Assembly: GCA_964413015.1 (NCBI GenBank)
Contig: CAYPQZ010000006.1
Span: forward strand, 74,415 to 138,414
DNA from: an uncultured Candidatus Saccharibacteria bacterium
Lineage (GTDB): Bacteria; Patescibacteriota; Minisyncoccia; Portnoybacterales; UBA2143
Length of the DNA: 64,000 bases
Direction: 5' to 3'
Positions 31,318 through 39,935 of the stretch are shown one piece after another. The translations under genes were made by a program, and so were the position numbers. Position 1 is the stretch's first letter. Every line of letters starts with the position of its first letter. A model generated the notes under the pieces. It made no database searches. It saw nothing but the letters and a program-made list of their open reading frames with translations, and was not told the origin of the DNA.

Positions 31318-31593
31318 TTATTCTAATATTGCCAAGATATCCTCTTCTCGGGCAATTAAATATTCTTTATTGTCTATTTTAATCTCATTGGGCCCGTATT
31401 TGGTAAAAAGCACTTTATCGCCTTTTTTAACGCCCATTGGTTTATTCGGCCGTCCAGGGCCGACTTCAATAACCCGTCCCTGTTCAGGCTTTTCTTTATC
31501 GGCCGTATCAGGCAGAATAATTCCTGATTCGGTCTTGTCTTCAATTGAAATTGGTTCAATAAGAACCCGGTCGGCTAATGGTTTTATATTCAT
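31318..31593 (-). CDS. groS: Co-chaperonin GroES
   Basis: [14 protein letters not shown]...GIILPD. The start is at the internal Met of the track ORF. Confidence 0.9.
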   Translation of the reverse strand: MNIKPLADRVLIEPISIEDKTESGIILPDTADKEKPEQGRVIEVGPGRPNKPMGVKKGDKVLFTKYGPNEIKIDNKEYLIAREEDILAILE

Positions 31594-31698
31594 AGAATAG
31601 TCAACAAAAAAAGCAATAAAAGCAAACAAGAAATCTGTTTATCATCTATTACTTTCTGTTTCTCTTTTATTTTATCTTAATAAAAATTATTTAAACCG

Positions 31699-31873
31699 TC
31701 AACCCAGTAGAAGAATTTTGAAACAAATTTTAACAAAGTTAAAATTTAAATTAAAAATATTCAAAATTTCTCTACTGGGTCAACCCAGAAGAAGAATTTT
31801 GAAATAAATTTTAACAAAGTTAAAATTTAAATTAAAAATATTCAAAATTTCTCTACTGGGTCAACCCAGAATC
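31699..31873. repeat. Family-B element, tandem 81-bp direct repeat x2.15 (cccagtag variant); each unit is a ~20-bp inverted-repeat hairpin
   Basis: Units 31699..31779 and 31780..31860 plus a partial third, of the form tcaacccagtagaagaattttgaaa...ttcaaaatttctctactggg. Confidence 0.85.
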
Positions 31874-32803
31874 TTTTTCATGGGCCAATTCATCTAATCC
31901 TAACATCTCCATCTTCTGATTATATCTTTCTAAAGTTTCTTTTTCCGGCGAATCTGGATGGAACTCCAATTGCTGGTCATTAAAAATTACCCGTCCGCCA
32001 GCCCGATAAGTCAGCGGATCTTTCCTTATCCGTTGTGCCTGAAACTTCCTTAAAAGAAATTCTACTCCATCTCCTATTTTATTGTCAAGTATAAACTCTC
32101 TGGATTTTCTAAAAAAGGAAAAAAGAAAATGACTTTTGATTGTTTTTAAAAATCCTTTTTGGCCAATTGGATAAAAAGCCAAATAATCTTTAATCCATTG
32201 ATTAGCCCGTTGAAATTTTTTATCTAAATCTGGCTCGGCCTGCCAAACCGGAATTAAATGAGCATAAGTTTGAGCATTATACAGGCTGAAAAGAGGAATC
32301 CCTAAGGATTGGGTGGTGATATAGTGATTTAGGCAGAATCGATTTTCGGTCAGTTGGCCGTGCCTCCGCCGGCCGAGCAAATGGATAAACAAAGTTGTCA
32401 AAGCCCGGCAGGTCCAAATGCGACCGGCGCGGGTAACGATTAACAAATCTATGTCCGATTCTTTCCTTGGATTATTCATAGCCAAAGAGCCGCTTAACAT
32501 GACCAAACGGATAAAAGGAATATTTTGAATCAGCTTTATTGTCCAGCGCGCTTTTTTCCAGCGCTGGTCAGCCAGTTTCTGTCTTTCAATTCTTTGATCA
32601 GCTAAGCGGCTCTGGCCTTTTAAAAAATAGAAGCCGTTTTTTTGCTCTATTCCAGGATGATTTTCTAAAGCATCCAAGATTCTCTTTAATTTTATCGGCT
32701 GACATCTGGTTAGATATCTAAAAACCTCCCAGCCAGTCAAAGGCCGTTCCAAAACATCATAATAAGCCAAAGTAGCTAAAATTGATTTTTCCAAGTCAGC
32801 CAT
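31853..32803 (-). CDS. Nucleotidyltransferase-fold protein, hypothetical
   Basis: GS-x10-DIDLLIV is a minimal nucleotidyltransferase motif. The last 6 codons and the stop are supplied by the tandem repeat. Confidence 0.45.
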   Translation of the reverse strand: MADLEKSILATLAYYDVLERPLTGWEVFRYLTRCQPIKLKRILDALENHPGIEQKNGFYFLKGQSRLADQRIERQKLADQRWKKARWTIKLIQNIPFIRLVMLSGSLAMNNPRKESDIDLLIVTRAGRIWTCRALTTLFIHLLGRRRHGQLTENRFCLNHYITTQSLGIPLFSLYNAQTYAHLIPVWQAEPDLDKKFQRANQWIKDYLAFYPIGQKGFLKTIKSHFLFSFFRKSREFILDNKIGDGVEFLLRKFQAQRIRKDPLTYRAGGRVIFNDQQLEFHPDSPEKETLERYNQKMEMLGLDELAHEKDSGLTQ

Positions 32804-32839
32804 ATTATAAAAATTTAAGAATTGTTATTAAAGCCATTA

Positions 32840-32900
32840 AAGGACAGTCCTTAAAATGATGTTCCTTAAGCACAAAGACGTCATTTTAAAGACTGTTCTT
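32840..32900. repeat. Family-A hairpin repeat
   Basis: aaaggacagtccttaaaatgatgttccttaagcacaaagacgtcattttaaagactgttctt. Confidence 0.8.
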
Positions 32901-32980
32901 CAATCAATTATACTCCATTCCCTCCAAATAAAAAAGGACGCTGGTCCTTTTGATTCAGAACTAACGCCCTATTACTTTTT

Positions 32981-33223
32981 TTAATCAGTTTTAACGATAT
33001 TTTCGATATTGTCTACTGTCCAAATTTCAAGCCTTTCTCGATTTTTCCCTCCAGAATATTCTCCAGGTAAAATTACGATCAATTCTACAGTATCGCTTGC
33101 TGCAGAAACCCGGCCGATTACTGCCAAAAATCCATCCTGCGTTTTATCTTTAGGATGGACAAACTTCGTTTCGCCTAATGACTTTTCAAGTTTCTTTCTA
33201 ATATCCATGCGTACCCTCCTCAT
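32981..33223 (-). CDS. Hypothetical small protein
   Basis: 80-aa ORF in an operon position. No recognisable motif. Confidence 0.3.
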   Translation of the reverse strand: MRRVRMDIRKKLEKSLGETKFVHPKDKTQDGFLAVIGRVSAASDTVELIVILPGEYSGGKNRERLEIWTVDNIENIVKTD

Positions 33224-33239
33224 CCTTAATATTTAAAAT

Positions 33240-33497
33240 TTAAAGTTCTGTTCTTAACCCCAGAGCAATGGCTTTGGCGATTCGGGTGCTGACCATTGAT
33301 TCTTTGCTGGGAATTACTTTTATGCCTTTCAAGTCAGTCAATTTAATTTTACCCTTTTTAAAGAATTTGTCAATCTCTGGAATCAAAGTTTCGCTTAATT
33401 GATAAAGGCCGGACCATTGGTGGCTGGCTATCTTTTTATTGCCCTGTTTTAGAATCAAACAAGGCTGTCTTTTTGATAAGTTAATAGTTAGGATCAT
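33240..33497 (-). CDS. TsaB/YeaZ-like N-terminal fragment-sized protein (85 aa)
   Basis: MILTIN...IKVIPSKESMVSTRIAKAIALGL resembles the TsaB N-terminal half. Confidence 0.35.
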   Translation of the reverse strand: MILTINLSKRQPCLILKQGNKKIASHQWSGLYQLSETLIPEIDKFFKKGKIKLTDLKGIKVIPSKESMVSTRIAKAIALGLRTEL

Positions 33498-33504
33498 TTT
33501 AACA

Positions 33505-33605
33505 AATACGGTTCTTAAATTTTGATAAGGATAAGCAGATAAGGACAGTCTTTAAAATGATATCCCTTGAGCACAAGGGCGTCATTTTAAAGACTGTCCT
33601 TTAAC
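33505..33605. repeat. Family-A repeat (R-hairpin with partial spacer)
   Basis: cttaaattttgataagg...ataaggacagtctttaaaatgatatcccttgagcacaagggcgtcattttaaagactgtcctt. Confidence 0.85.
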
Positions 33606-33884
33606 CATTGCCTCAAAAACTTTATTTCTCTGTTTGAATCCTTTTACTAACTTAATATTTCCAACAGGGATTTTGAAATATTCAGCCAAAACCTTTGCAA
33701 CCGCCCGGTTGGCCTGTCCTTGGATCGGCCTTTCCTTGACCCAAACCTCAAAACTGTTTTCGCCTTTTTTTATTATTTGCTCCTGACCTGCTTGAGGGAA
33801 AACTTTTACTTTTATCAGCATAGTGTTTTCGTGCCTTAAAATTAGACGGCGTTCGGTAACTAGGCCGTCCCTTGCGTCCGCCAA
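33582..33884 (-). CDS. DUF167/YggU family protein
   Basis: The KVKV.P.A....I...G...EVWV...P..G.AN.A........F family pattern is present. The last 8 codons and the stop are encoded inside the family-A hairpin. Confidence 0.55.
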   Translation of the reverse strand: MADARDGLVTERRLILRHENTMLIKVKVFPQAGQEQIIKKGENSFEVWVKERPIQGQANRAVAKVLAEYFKIPVGNIKLVKGFKQRNKVFEAMVKGQSLK

Positions 33885-33886
33885 TT

Positions 33887-35077
33887 TTAGCGTAATTCTT
33901 CATTTGCCTTCTCTAAGAAATAGCTCCTTTTTTTGAAAAAATATTTAGCCCGTTTTATAATCGTTTGTTCAACTTCAGGATGAGTCAAATGCCCATTATC
34001 AATAAAAAACTGGGAAACTCGGCCGAAATAAAGGCATCCTAAAGCATCAATCAAAAGAGATTTCTTATTAAATTCTGGATAAGCGTAAATAAAATCATAG
34101 ACGATTTCAGTCCAGAGCTTTAAGCCAATTTCATTTTTTTTGACCCGACGGATTTTTCTTAATCTTTTAATCACTGGCTGGCTGGCGACCTGTTTAATTA
34201 TCGGCCAGAAACGGTCCAAATTGCTCCAGAAGATTTTTCTGTATGATTCGTTATTAAGTGAAGCGCTGGACAGAACTGGCAACTGAGCATCTCCTTTTAT
34301 CTCAACATTATTAATTTTAGCGCCTTCTTTAATTCGGTCAACATTTTTAGAAAGCATCTTAAAAAGAGTTCCGGCCACTTGAGAAAACATTGGTCCTAAT
34401 TTAGGATTGGACAAATTATGGATTTTAGAGCCCAAATTAACCTGGCAAACCTTGGAATTACTGAAAAAAGCCGTTAAGCTCATAAAAATATCTATACCGA
34501 ATTGATAAGTAGTTCGGCTCCATTTTTTCTTAAGCCAGATTTCAGACATTTTGGAGGAAAAAGCAAAATCGCCGCCGATGGGCTGACGAATATCCCATCC
34601 TAAAAGTCCATAGATTAAAGGATAAACCAAGTGATTAGTTATGGTTGCGTCAGTTTTATGACGTGAATAATAAGGAGCAATGAAATCATATCCTTCAAAA
34701 ACCGGCTTAGCCATTTTATTAACCCAGTCCGGCCGAATGCTTTTTAAGTCAGCGTCCAATACCAAACCTGTCTTGGCGCCAAGTTTCTCCATCATAAAAA
34801 AAAGGTTATGAAAATTATAACCTTTTCCTTTAATGTTTTTATCGGTACTGATATAAATTCTGGGCGTATTCACTTTAGCTTCAAAAAATGCCTGCTTAGT
34901 CCCATCAGGAGAATTGTTGTCTACATTGATAATAACTCTTTTTTTATCAGGGAAATATTTTTCTAATCCTTGGCTCGCCTGCTCCGCTACAAAACCGATA
35001 GTTTCTGCTTCGTTATATGAGGGGATCCCAACTATTATTTCCGCTTGTTTAATTTTTTTTGGATTGTCGATTATCAT
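33887..35077 (-). CDS. Glycosyltransferase family 2-like protein
   Basis: N-terminal IVGIPSYNEAETI and a DxD-type region. About 390 aa. Confidence 0.55.
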   Translation of the reverse strand: MIIDNPKKIKQAEIIVGIPSYNEAETIGFVAEQASQGLEKYFPDKKRVIINVDNNSPDGTKQAFFEAKVNTPRIYISTDKNIKGKGYNFHNLFFMMEKLGAKTGLVLDADLKSIRPDWVNKMAKPVFEGYDFIAPYYSRHKTDATITNHLVYPLIYGLLGWDIRQPIGGDFAFSSKMSEIWLKKKWSRTTYQFGIDIFMSLTAFFSNSKVCQVNLGSKIHNLSNPKLGPMFSQVAGTLFKMLSKNVDRIKEGAKINNVEIKGDAQLPVLSSASLNNESYRKIFWSNLDRFWPIIKQVASQPVIKRLRKIRRVKKNEIGLKLWTEIVYDFIYAYPEFNKKSLLIDALGCLYFGRVSQFFIDNGHLTHPEVEQTIIKRAKYFFKKRSYFLEKANEELR

Positions 35078-35279
35078 TTAGGTTATTCTGAGGTTCTTTG
35101 GGAATAATGATTGCAGCCGTAAGATACGCAATCACTCCAGGGAAAAATCCCGTAAAAACAGTAAGTAAAACTAAAAGCAAACGCAAGATGACTGGATCAA
35201 CGCCAGTGTAATCACCTAATCCGCCCATCACACCTGCTAAAATTTTGTTTTGCTCACTGCGATAAAGTTTTTTATCCAT
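35049..35279 (-). CDS. PspC-domain membrane protein
   Basis: KILAGVMGGLGDYTGVDPVILRLLLVLLTVF is a PspC domain. Confidence 0.6.
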   Translation of the reverse strand: MDKKLYRSEQNKILAGVMGGLGDYTGVDPVILRLLLVLLTVFTGFFPGVIAYLTAAIIIPKEPQNNLNDNRQSKKN

Positions 35280-35385
35280 AATGGTTAATTAAGTAATCAT
35301 CCTTAAACCGATATAGAACAGTCCTTAAATTTCCTTAAGGACTATTCTTATTTGTTTATGGCAATCCTTAAATTTTTCAAAGATT

Positions 35386-35715
35386 TTATTTATGAAATCC
35401 TTCTGTATTTATTTCTGCCCAACTGTCTTCGGCTTCGCTCCATTTATAGGCGTTGAGTTTGTAACTTTTTTCATCCTGGCTGTAAATGTATTCTACTTTT
35501 GTTTCAGAACCAATTCTTCCCGAATAAATGGTTTTTTTGTCTAAGACAACTGGCCGGGTAATAAATTCAAGTTTGGTCTTGCCTAAGGGCCCTTTAAATA
35601 CAATGGTTTCCGTGTCCGTTCCACCCTGCTCGTCAGAATGTTCTTTTTGATGTTCTCTCACTTCAAAATTATCCTTAATATCGCCTACTAAATTTTCCCA
35701 TTTTTCCGGTAGCAT
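35386..35715 (-). CDS. Hypothetical protein
   Basis: 109-aa ORF with no recognisable motif. Confidence 0.3.
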   Translation of the reverse strand: MLPEKWENLVGDIKDNFEVREHQKEHSDEQGGTDTETIVFKGPLGKTKLEFITRPVVLDKKTIYSGRIGSETKVEYIYSQDEKSYKLNAYKWSEAEDSWAEINTEGFHK

Positions 35716-35725
35716 AAATCTATAA

Positions 35726-36493
35726 TTAATATTTGGAATCCGAATTTAAGACTGAACTACGTTCTTTAGAATAATTACAATAATCGCAATCCGGATTAGG
35801 AGCAGGAATTTTACTGCTCATTAAACACTCGTGCGCCTTAATAATCGTATCTTCTACCCAGGAATCATTTCCCTGATAAGGTAATATTTCAACATCAAAT
35901 TCTAGTTTTCCATCAAAGGCCCCTTTGTCTGTTTTGCCATTCGCGTAGACAAAATAGCCAGTATTGGAAACTTTAAAGTTGTTTTTACGAAAAAGCCATT
36001 GATAAATTTCCATCTGCCTTTTATACCCTTTTTGCCAGTCGGCGTCAATGCTTATCTGGGCGTTTTTAGCCGTTGATTTGTAATCAACGATGATTAACTC
36101 CTTGTTCGGATTAATCCAAATATCATCAATCGCTCCAAAAATAAGCAGATTGGTTGGTTCATGTAAAAATTGAATACCGACAAAAGTATTCCGCCAATCA
36201 TTTATTTTTTCGTGTTGAAAAGGAATAGCGTCAATTTTATAATGTTTCATCATCGGATGGGTTTCGCCTTTAGCGCGATGGATATCAAATTCTTTTTTAA
36301 ACAGAGTGTCAACCGCTGAATTAAGCGTATAAGGAAACATTGGCGGTCGGTCAATTCCCAGCCGGCGGTCTAAATAAAAACAGCGCGGACAATTCAAAAA
36401 CAAGTCAATTCTAGAACGGCTTAATTTAAAAATCTCTTTGGAGTTTGGATTAAAAATACCGTAGGCGCGTCTTGGTTTGTAATAGTCAGACAT
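35726..36493 (-). CDS. PD-(D/E)XK nuclease, Cas4-like with 4-Cys cluster
   Basis: CPRCFYL at the N-terminus, IIVDYKST, QMEIYQWL and C-terminal CDYCNY. Confidence 0.55.
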   Translation of the reverse strand: MSDYYKPRRAYGIFNPNSKEIFKLSRSRIDLFLNCPRCFYLDRRLGIDRPPMFPYTLNSAVDTLFKKEFDIHRAKGETHPMMKHYKIDAIPFQHEKINDWRNTFVGIQFLHEPTNLLIFGAIDDIWINPNKELIIVDYKSTAKNAQISIDADWQKGYKRQMEIYQWLFRKNNFKVSNTGYFVYANGKTDKGAFDGKLEFDVEILPYQGNDSWVEDTIIKAHECLMSSKIPAPNPDCDYCNYSKERSSVLNSDSKY

Positions 36494-36495
36494 AA

Positions 36496-37089
36496 TTAAT
36501 TTTCAAAGATTTTATTTAAAAGTTTGTTCCGGCCCTGCTTTGTCTTGGCAGAGTAAGGAAGAACATCTTTACTGTCTGTTTTGTCTTGAATCATCTTCAA
36601 CTGCTTGCTTAATTCTCTGTTTTTAAGCTTGTCAAATTTATTTGCTATTATTATAACCGGATGCTGATTTTTTTTCAATAAATCCAGCATTTCCATATCA
36701 AACTCGGTCGGTCCGACTTTAGCATCAATAATTAGGATTACTTTTTTAAACTTAACTCCTGAACGGAATAAATACCAGATTATCAGTTTTCTGATTTTTT
36801 CTTTTCTTTTAAAATCAACTTTAACAAATCCGTAACCGGGCAAATCAACAAAATACAACTTCTTATTTATTAAAAAGAAGTTTATCTGTTTTGTTTTCCC
36901 CGGCACGGAACCGGTCTTGACTAATTTTTCCCTTTTGACCAGTGAATTTATCACACTTGACTTGCCGACATTAGAACGGCCGACAAAAACAATCTGTGCT
37001 TTAGTATCTTCCAATATTTTATCAGTTCCAATGATTCCTTTAACAAACTCTGCCGATTTAATTTCAGTCTCAGTTTCTCTTTTTCCCAT
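36496..37089 (-). CDS. engB: Ribosome biogenesis GTP-binding protein YihA/EngB
   Basis: GRSNVGKSS P-loop with G2-G4 motifs. The start is taken at MGKRETE, with ATG at 37089. Confidence 0.85.
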   Translation of the reverse strand: MGKRETETEIKSAEFVKGIIGTDKILEDTKAQIVFVGRSNVGKSSVINSLVKREKLVKTGSVPGKTKQINFFLINKKLYFVDLPGYGFVKVDFKRKEKIRKLIIWYLFRSGVKFKKVILIIDAKVGPTEFDMEMLDLLKKNQHPVIIIANKFDKLKNRELSKQLKMIQDKTDSKDVLPYSAKTKQGRNKLLNKIFEN

Positions 37090-37149
37090 GCTTCTATTAT
37101 AACGACAAGCTCTTATCTTGGCAATCATTTAAAAATATCAATCTGGAAA

Positions 37150-37208
37150 TAAAAAACCCCTGCGGTATGCGATTAACAGTCACATTTATATAATTAAATC
37201 CGCAGGGG
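37150..37208 (-). terminator. Putative terminator for the small minus-strand gene
   Basis: A 9-bp stem cccctgcgg/ccgcagggg is followed on the minus strand by UUUUUUAUUU. The loop is large. Confidence 0.4.
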
Positions 37209-37316
37209 TTAAGTTATGATGGAGGAGGTTTCGTTAGCGCTAAAATAAGCTCGGAGAAAAGGGTTTGCCTATTTATGGCGGCTAGACGAATCTCCCCCAT
37301 CAGTTAAGTTGTGTCT

Positions 37317-37487
37317 TTATTTTATAACAAGGCCTTGGGTCTTGTCAAGGATTTTATCACGGCGGCCTGAATTTGAAAATAGACCGCTTCTTGCCAAGGA
37401 TTTCATTAATCTTCCTTTTTTTTGCCTCCTTGCAAGCATTAAAGTGTATCCCCTAAGTTTTCCCTTCGGATGCCCTTTCGATCTCAT
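37317..37487 (-). CDS. Unannotated small basic protein (56 aa), possibly ribosomal-like
   Basis: A perfect SD GGAGG lies 5 nt upstream of the ATG (minus: tagggaggatatcATG). Translation: MRSKGHPKGKLRGYTLMLARRQKKGRLMKSLARSGLFSNSGRRDKILDKTQGLVIK. It is below the 60-aa ORF cutoff. Confidence 0.45.
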   Translation of the reverse strand: MRSKGHPKGKLRGYTLMLARRQKKGRLMKSLARSGLFSNSGRRDKILDKTQGLVIK

Positions 37488-37575
37488 GATATCCTCCCTA
37501 TCTTAAATTAAAAGAATAAAATAAAAATAACATTTATATTTAAGAATGTCAAGGTTCTGCGTTTTGTTTATTAAA

Positions 37576-38400
37576 TTATCTATTCAATCCGATAAAAGGG
37601 CTGGCTTGTCCCCAGTATTCCGGAACCTGTCCGTTCCATTTCTCTATCCAGCGCAATTCAACCACCTGCGCGTTAGCCCGCAAGGCTTGCGCTTCAATCT
37701 GAATGGCCTGCGCTTTGCCCCGGGCTTCGGCAATTCTCTGCTCTGCTTCAATTTTTATTCTTTGCAAGTCTCTATCTGCTTTAAGCTTTAACTGTTCCGC
37801 CTTAACTTTTGCTTCAATAGCTTCATTAAAAGTTGCTGAAAAATCAAAATCAATAATGTTGAATTCGTCAACTACAATAAAATTTTCTAATAATCTTTTT
37901 GCAAGATTTGATTTAATCTGATCTTTAACGGTTTCTCTTTTGGTAATTAACTCTTCAGCAGTAAATTTGGCTGTTTCCGCTTTAACTGATTCCTGAATAG
38001 CAGGAGCAATAATTCTGGCATTATAATTCTTTCCTACTTCCTGCCAAACCTTATTAACTGACTCGGGATCTAAATGATAATTCAGGGCAATTTTTGAAGT
38101 AACTATCTGTAAATCCTTGGAAGAAGCGCTAGCCGGAATTTCGTCTTTTTGAATTTTAACATCCATTTTAACAACTTTTTGGACAAAAGGAATTTTCATA
38201 TAGAGGCCTTCACTAAAAACTTTGTCTTTAACTGCTCCGAATTGAAGCAAAACTCCGCGTTCTCCTGCACCAACAGTTCCAAAAGCGCCTAAAAGAAGTA
38301 TTAAAACGAAAAAACCAATAATTATGCGAGAAAAAAGCTTTTTTCCTTCAACCCCTTTTATATTTTTTATTTTCTCATTTATTTCAACAATTCTGTTCAT
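37576..38400 (-). CDS. SPFH/band-7 (prohibitin/HflC-like) protein
   Basis: N-terminal TM, an SPFH domain and a C-terminal coiled coil. Confidence 0.8.
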   Translation of the reverse strand: MNRIVEINEKIKNIKGVEGKKLFSRIIIGFFVLILLLGAFGTVGAGERGVLLQFGAVKDKVFSEGLYMKIPFVQKVVKMDVKIQKDEIPASASSKDLQIVTSKIALNYHLDPESVNKVWQEVGKNYNARIIAPAIQESVKAETAKFTAEELITKRETVKDQIKSNLAKRLLENFIVVDEFNIIDFDFSATFNEAIEAKVKAEQLKLKADRDLQRIKIEAEQRIAEARGKAQAIQIEAQALRANAQVVELRWIEKWNGQVPEYWGQASPFIGLNR

Positions 38401-38414
38401 ATTTATTTCTCTTT

Positions 38415-38987
38415 TTAACTTTTACTTTTATCGACCTTTTGTTTTATTCTACCAATAAAAGCTTTCTTTGGGAACCTCTTTTTAATAAAAAACCTCCAGG
38501 GTAAATTAGCCGACTGGCCGGCATAGTCCACGCCAATTCTTTTGCCTGAAAGTATTTTCGGTTTAAATCCCTTGTCCTCCACCCATAAAGTATCTCTGGT
38601 TAAATCAATCCCGTTGTGTTTTTGCTTAGCAATCTTGAATTCCCGACAAAGTTTTCCTGGCCCGTCGGCCAGCGGATAATCCAGCGCTCTGATAAGAACT
38701 GCCGACGGATAACCTTTATAACCGGTCACTATATTCAAGCAATGGTAAATTCCGTAAATAAGGTAAACGTAAGCGTGGCCGCCCAGTTCAAACATAACCC
38801 TGTTTCTTTCGGTCATGCCCTTAGCCGCATGGCAGGCCAAATCGTCAAATCCTTCATAGGCCTCAGTTTCAATAATCGAAGCCCGGTAAATTTTGCCTTG
38901 ATAGCGATGAACTAAATCCTTGCCAATTAAGTCACGAGCCACCTTTAGGGTTGGCCTTAAATAAAAATCGCGTTTAACTTTCATCAC
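38415..38987 (-). CDS. mpg: DNA-3-methyladenine glycosylase (AAG/Mpg family)
   Basis: RPTLKVARDLIGKDLV...IIETEAYEG...HA..G.T.RN..MF..GGHAYVYL.YG is the Mpg signature. Confidence 0.85.
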   Translation of the reverse strand: MMKVKRDFYLRPTLKVARDLIGKDLVHRYQGKIYRASIIETEAYEGFDDLACHAAKGMTERNRVMFELGGHAYVYLIYGIYHCLNIVTGYKGYPSAVLIRALDYPLADGPGKLCREFKIAKQKHNGIDLTRDTLWVEDKGFKPKILSGKRIGVDYAGQSANLPWRFFIKKRFPKKAFIGRIKQKVDKSKS

Positions 38988-39050
38988 ATTATTATAACAG
39001 ATATCAAAAAAATTACTAAAAATTCCTTCTGGTTTTTATCCCCGAAGATA

Positions 39051-39060
39051 TGCTATAATT
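39051..39060 (+). promoter_or_regulatory. Extended -10 promoter element TGcTATAAT
   Basis: tgctataat lies 5 nt upstream of the ATG at 39066, which implies a leaderless transcript. Confidence 0.4.
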
Positions 39061-39065
39061 AAAAC

Positions 39066-39209
39066 ATGAAGGATAATTTGGAACAAATCGAAGAGAAAAT
39101 AAACAAAAAGTCAAAAAAACGGGAAAAAAAGAAAAAGCCCAAAATGAAAGTTTCAGGCAAGAGTGTTTTTAAATTAAGAGATGCGATGAGGAAACCAAAA
39201 AGGAGATAG
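39066..39209 (+). CDS. Small lysine-rich protein (47 aa), hypothetical, likely leaderless
   Basis: MKDNLEQIEEKINKKSKKREKKKKPKMKVSGKSVFKLRDAMRKPKRR. It follows the extended -10 directly and is the first gene of the plus-strand block. Confidence 0.35.
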   Translation: MKDNLEQIEEKINKKSKKREKKKKPKMKVSGKSVFKLRDAMRKPKRR

Positions 39210-39318
39210 TTGAAGAACGGCCTTCAAAAATTTAAGGACTGTCCTTTAACGGCTTTAATAGCAATCCTTAAATTTTTAATGCTTGACTGGGTTTTAGTTA
39301 TGTGATAACCTTTAAGCA

Positions 39319-39672
39319 ATGATGAAATTTATCGTCCAGATTTTTGTAAATGCCGTGGCTATTTTTTTAGCTAATTATTTAGTCCCCGGCTTTGTTTTTA
39401 AAGGCGATATTTTAACTCTATTTGTCGCCGGACTAATTTTAGGTCTGATTAACGTTATTCTAAGGCCTGTCCTGCGCTTTATTTCAACTCCTTTTATTAT
39501 TTTCAGCTTAGGTCTTTTCTTAATTATCATCAATATAGGACTTCTGTGGTTGCTGGAATATTTAGTTGATGAATTGACTATTACCGGAGCTTGGTCATAT
39601 TTTTGGGGAGTTATGATAATTAGCGTTGTTAATCTGGTCTTCGGCACCGGCCGGAAAAAGAGGAAGGACTAA
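39319..39672 (+). CDS. Phage-holin-4_2/DUF360 family membrane protein
   Basis: Four TM helices with a pattern typical of PF04020. Confidence 0.5.
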   Translation: MMKFIVQIFVNAVAIFLANYLVPGFVFKGDILTLFVAGLILGLINVILRPVLRFISTPFIIFSLGLFLIIINIGLLWLLEYLVDELTITGAWSYFWGVMIISVVNLVFGTGRKKRKD

Positions 39673-39890
39673 TGCAGTATTTTCTAACTATCTTTCAAAT
39701 TTTTATTTCTATAGGCCTGATTGTCGTCATCTTGCTTCAACGACGTGGAGCCGGCGGCTCAGGCATTTTTGGCGCTGGCGGAGAAAGCAGTTATTACACC
39801 AAGAGAGGCTTTGAAAAAATTCTTTTTATTAGCAGCATCGTGCTGGCCGGTTTATTTATTGTAACCGCCTTTTTAAATCTTTTAATTTAA
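39672..39890 (+). CDS. secG: Preprotein translocase subunit SecG
   Basis: Two TM helices, with LLQ..GAGG..FGAG in the first helix region. Confidence 0.8.
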   Translation: MQYFLTIFQIFISIGLIVVILLQRRGAGGSGIFGAGGESSYYTKRGFEKILFISSIVLAGLFIVTAFLNLLI

Positions 39891-39935
39891 TCTTCTATTC
39901 GTACTCAAATAGACAAATTAATATCCTTTTTTAAG

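Noticed and set aside
31699-31873. Tandem direct repeats considered as a possible CRISPR array
   Set aside because: There are only 2.15 units. The units are 81 bp, each an internal inverted repeat, and they are directly adjacent with no unique spacers. No cas genes are present. It fits a tandemly duplicated family-B element, not CRISPR.
35049-35077. 29-bp overlap between the PspC-domain gene and the GT2-like gene
   Set aside because: No shorter in-frame start is available for either gene that preserves the conserved N-termini. The overlap is kept as-is rather than calling a frameshift, since there is no evidence of a pseudogene.
37140-37575. Considered RNase P RNA, tmRNA or SRP RNA in the long intergenic region
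   Set aside because: I could not find the conserved RNase P (GGAAAGUCCGG…ACAGAAnCCGGCUUA), tmRNA tRNA-like-end or SRP domain IV motifs on either strand. It is kept only as a generic ncRNA alternative in the findings.
37309-37791. Plus-strand ORFs 37309..37506 and 37546..37791
   Set aside because: The second lies antisense within the band-7 gene. The first is low-complexity and lacks an RBS. The minus-strand 56-aa ORF with a perfect SD is the better explanation of this region.
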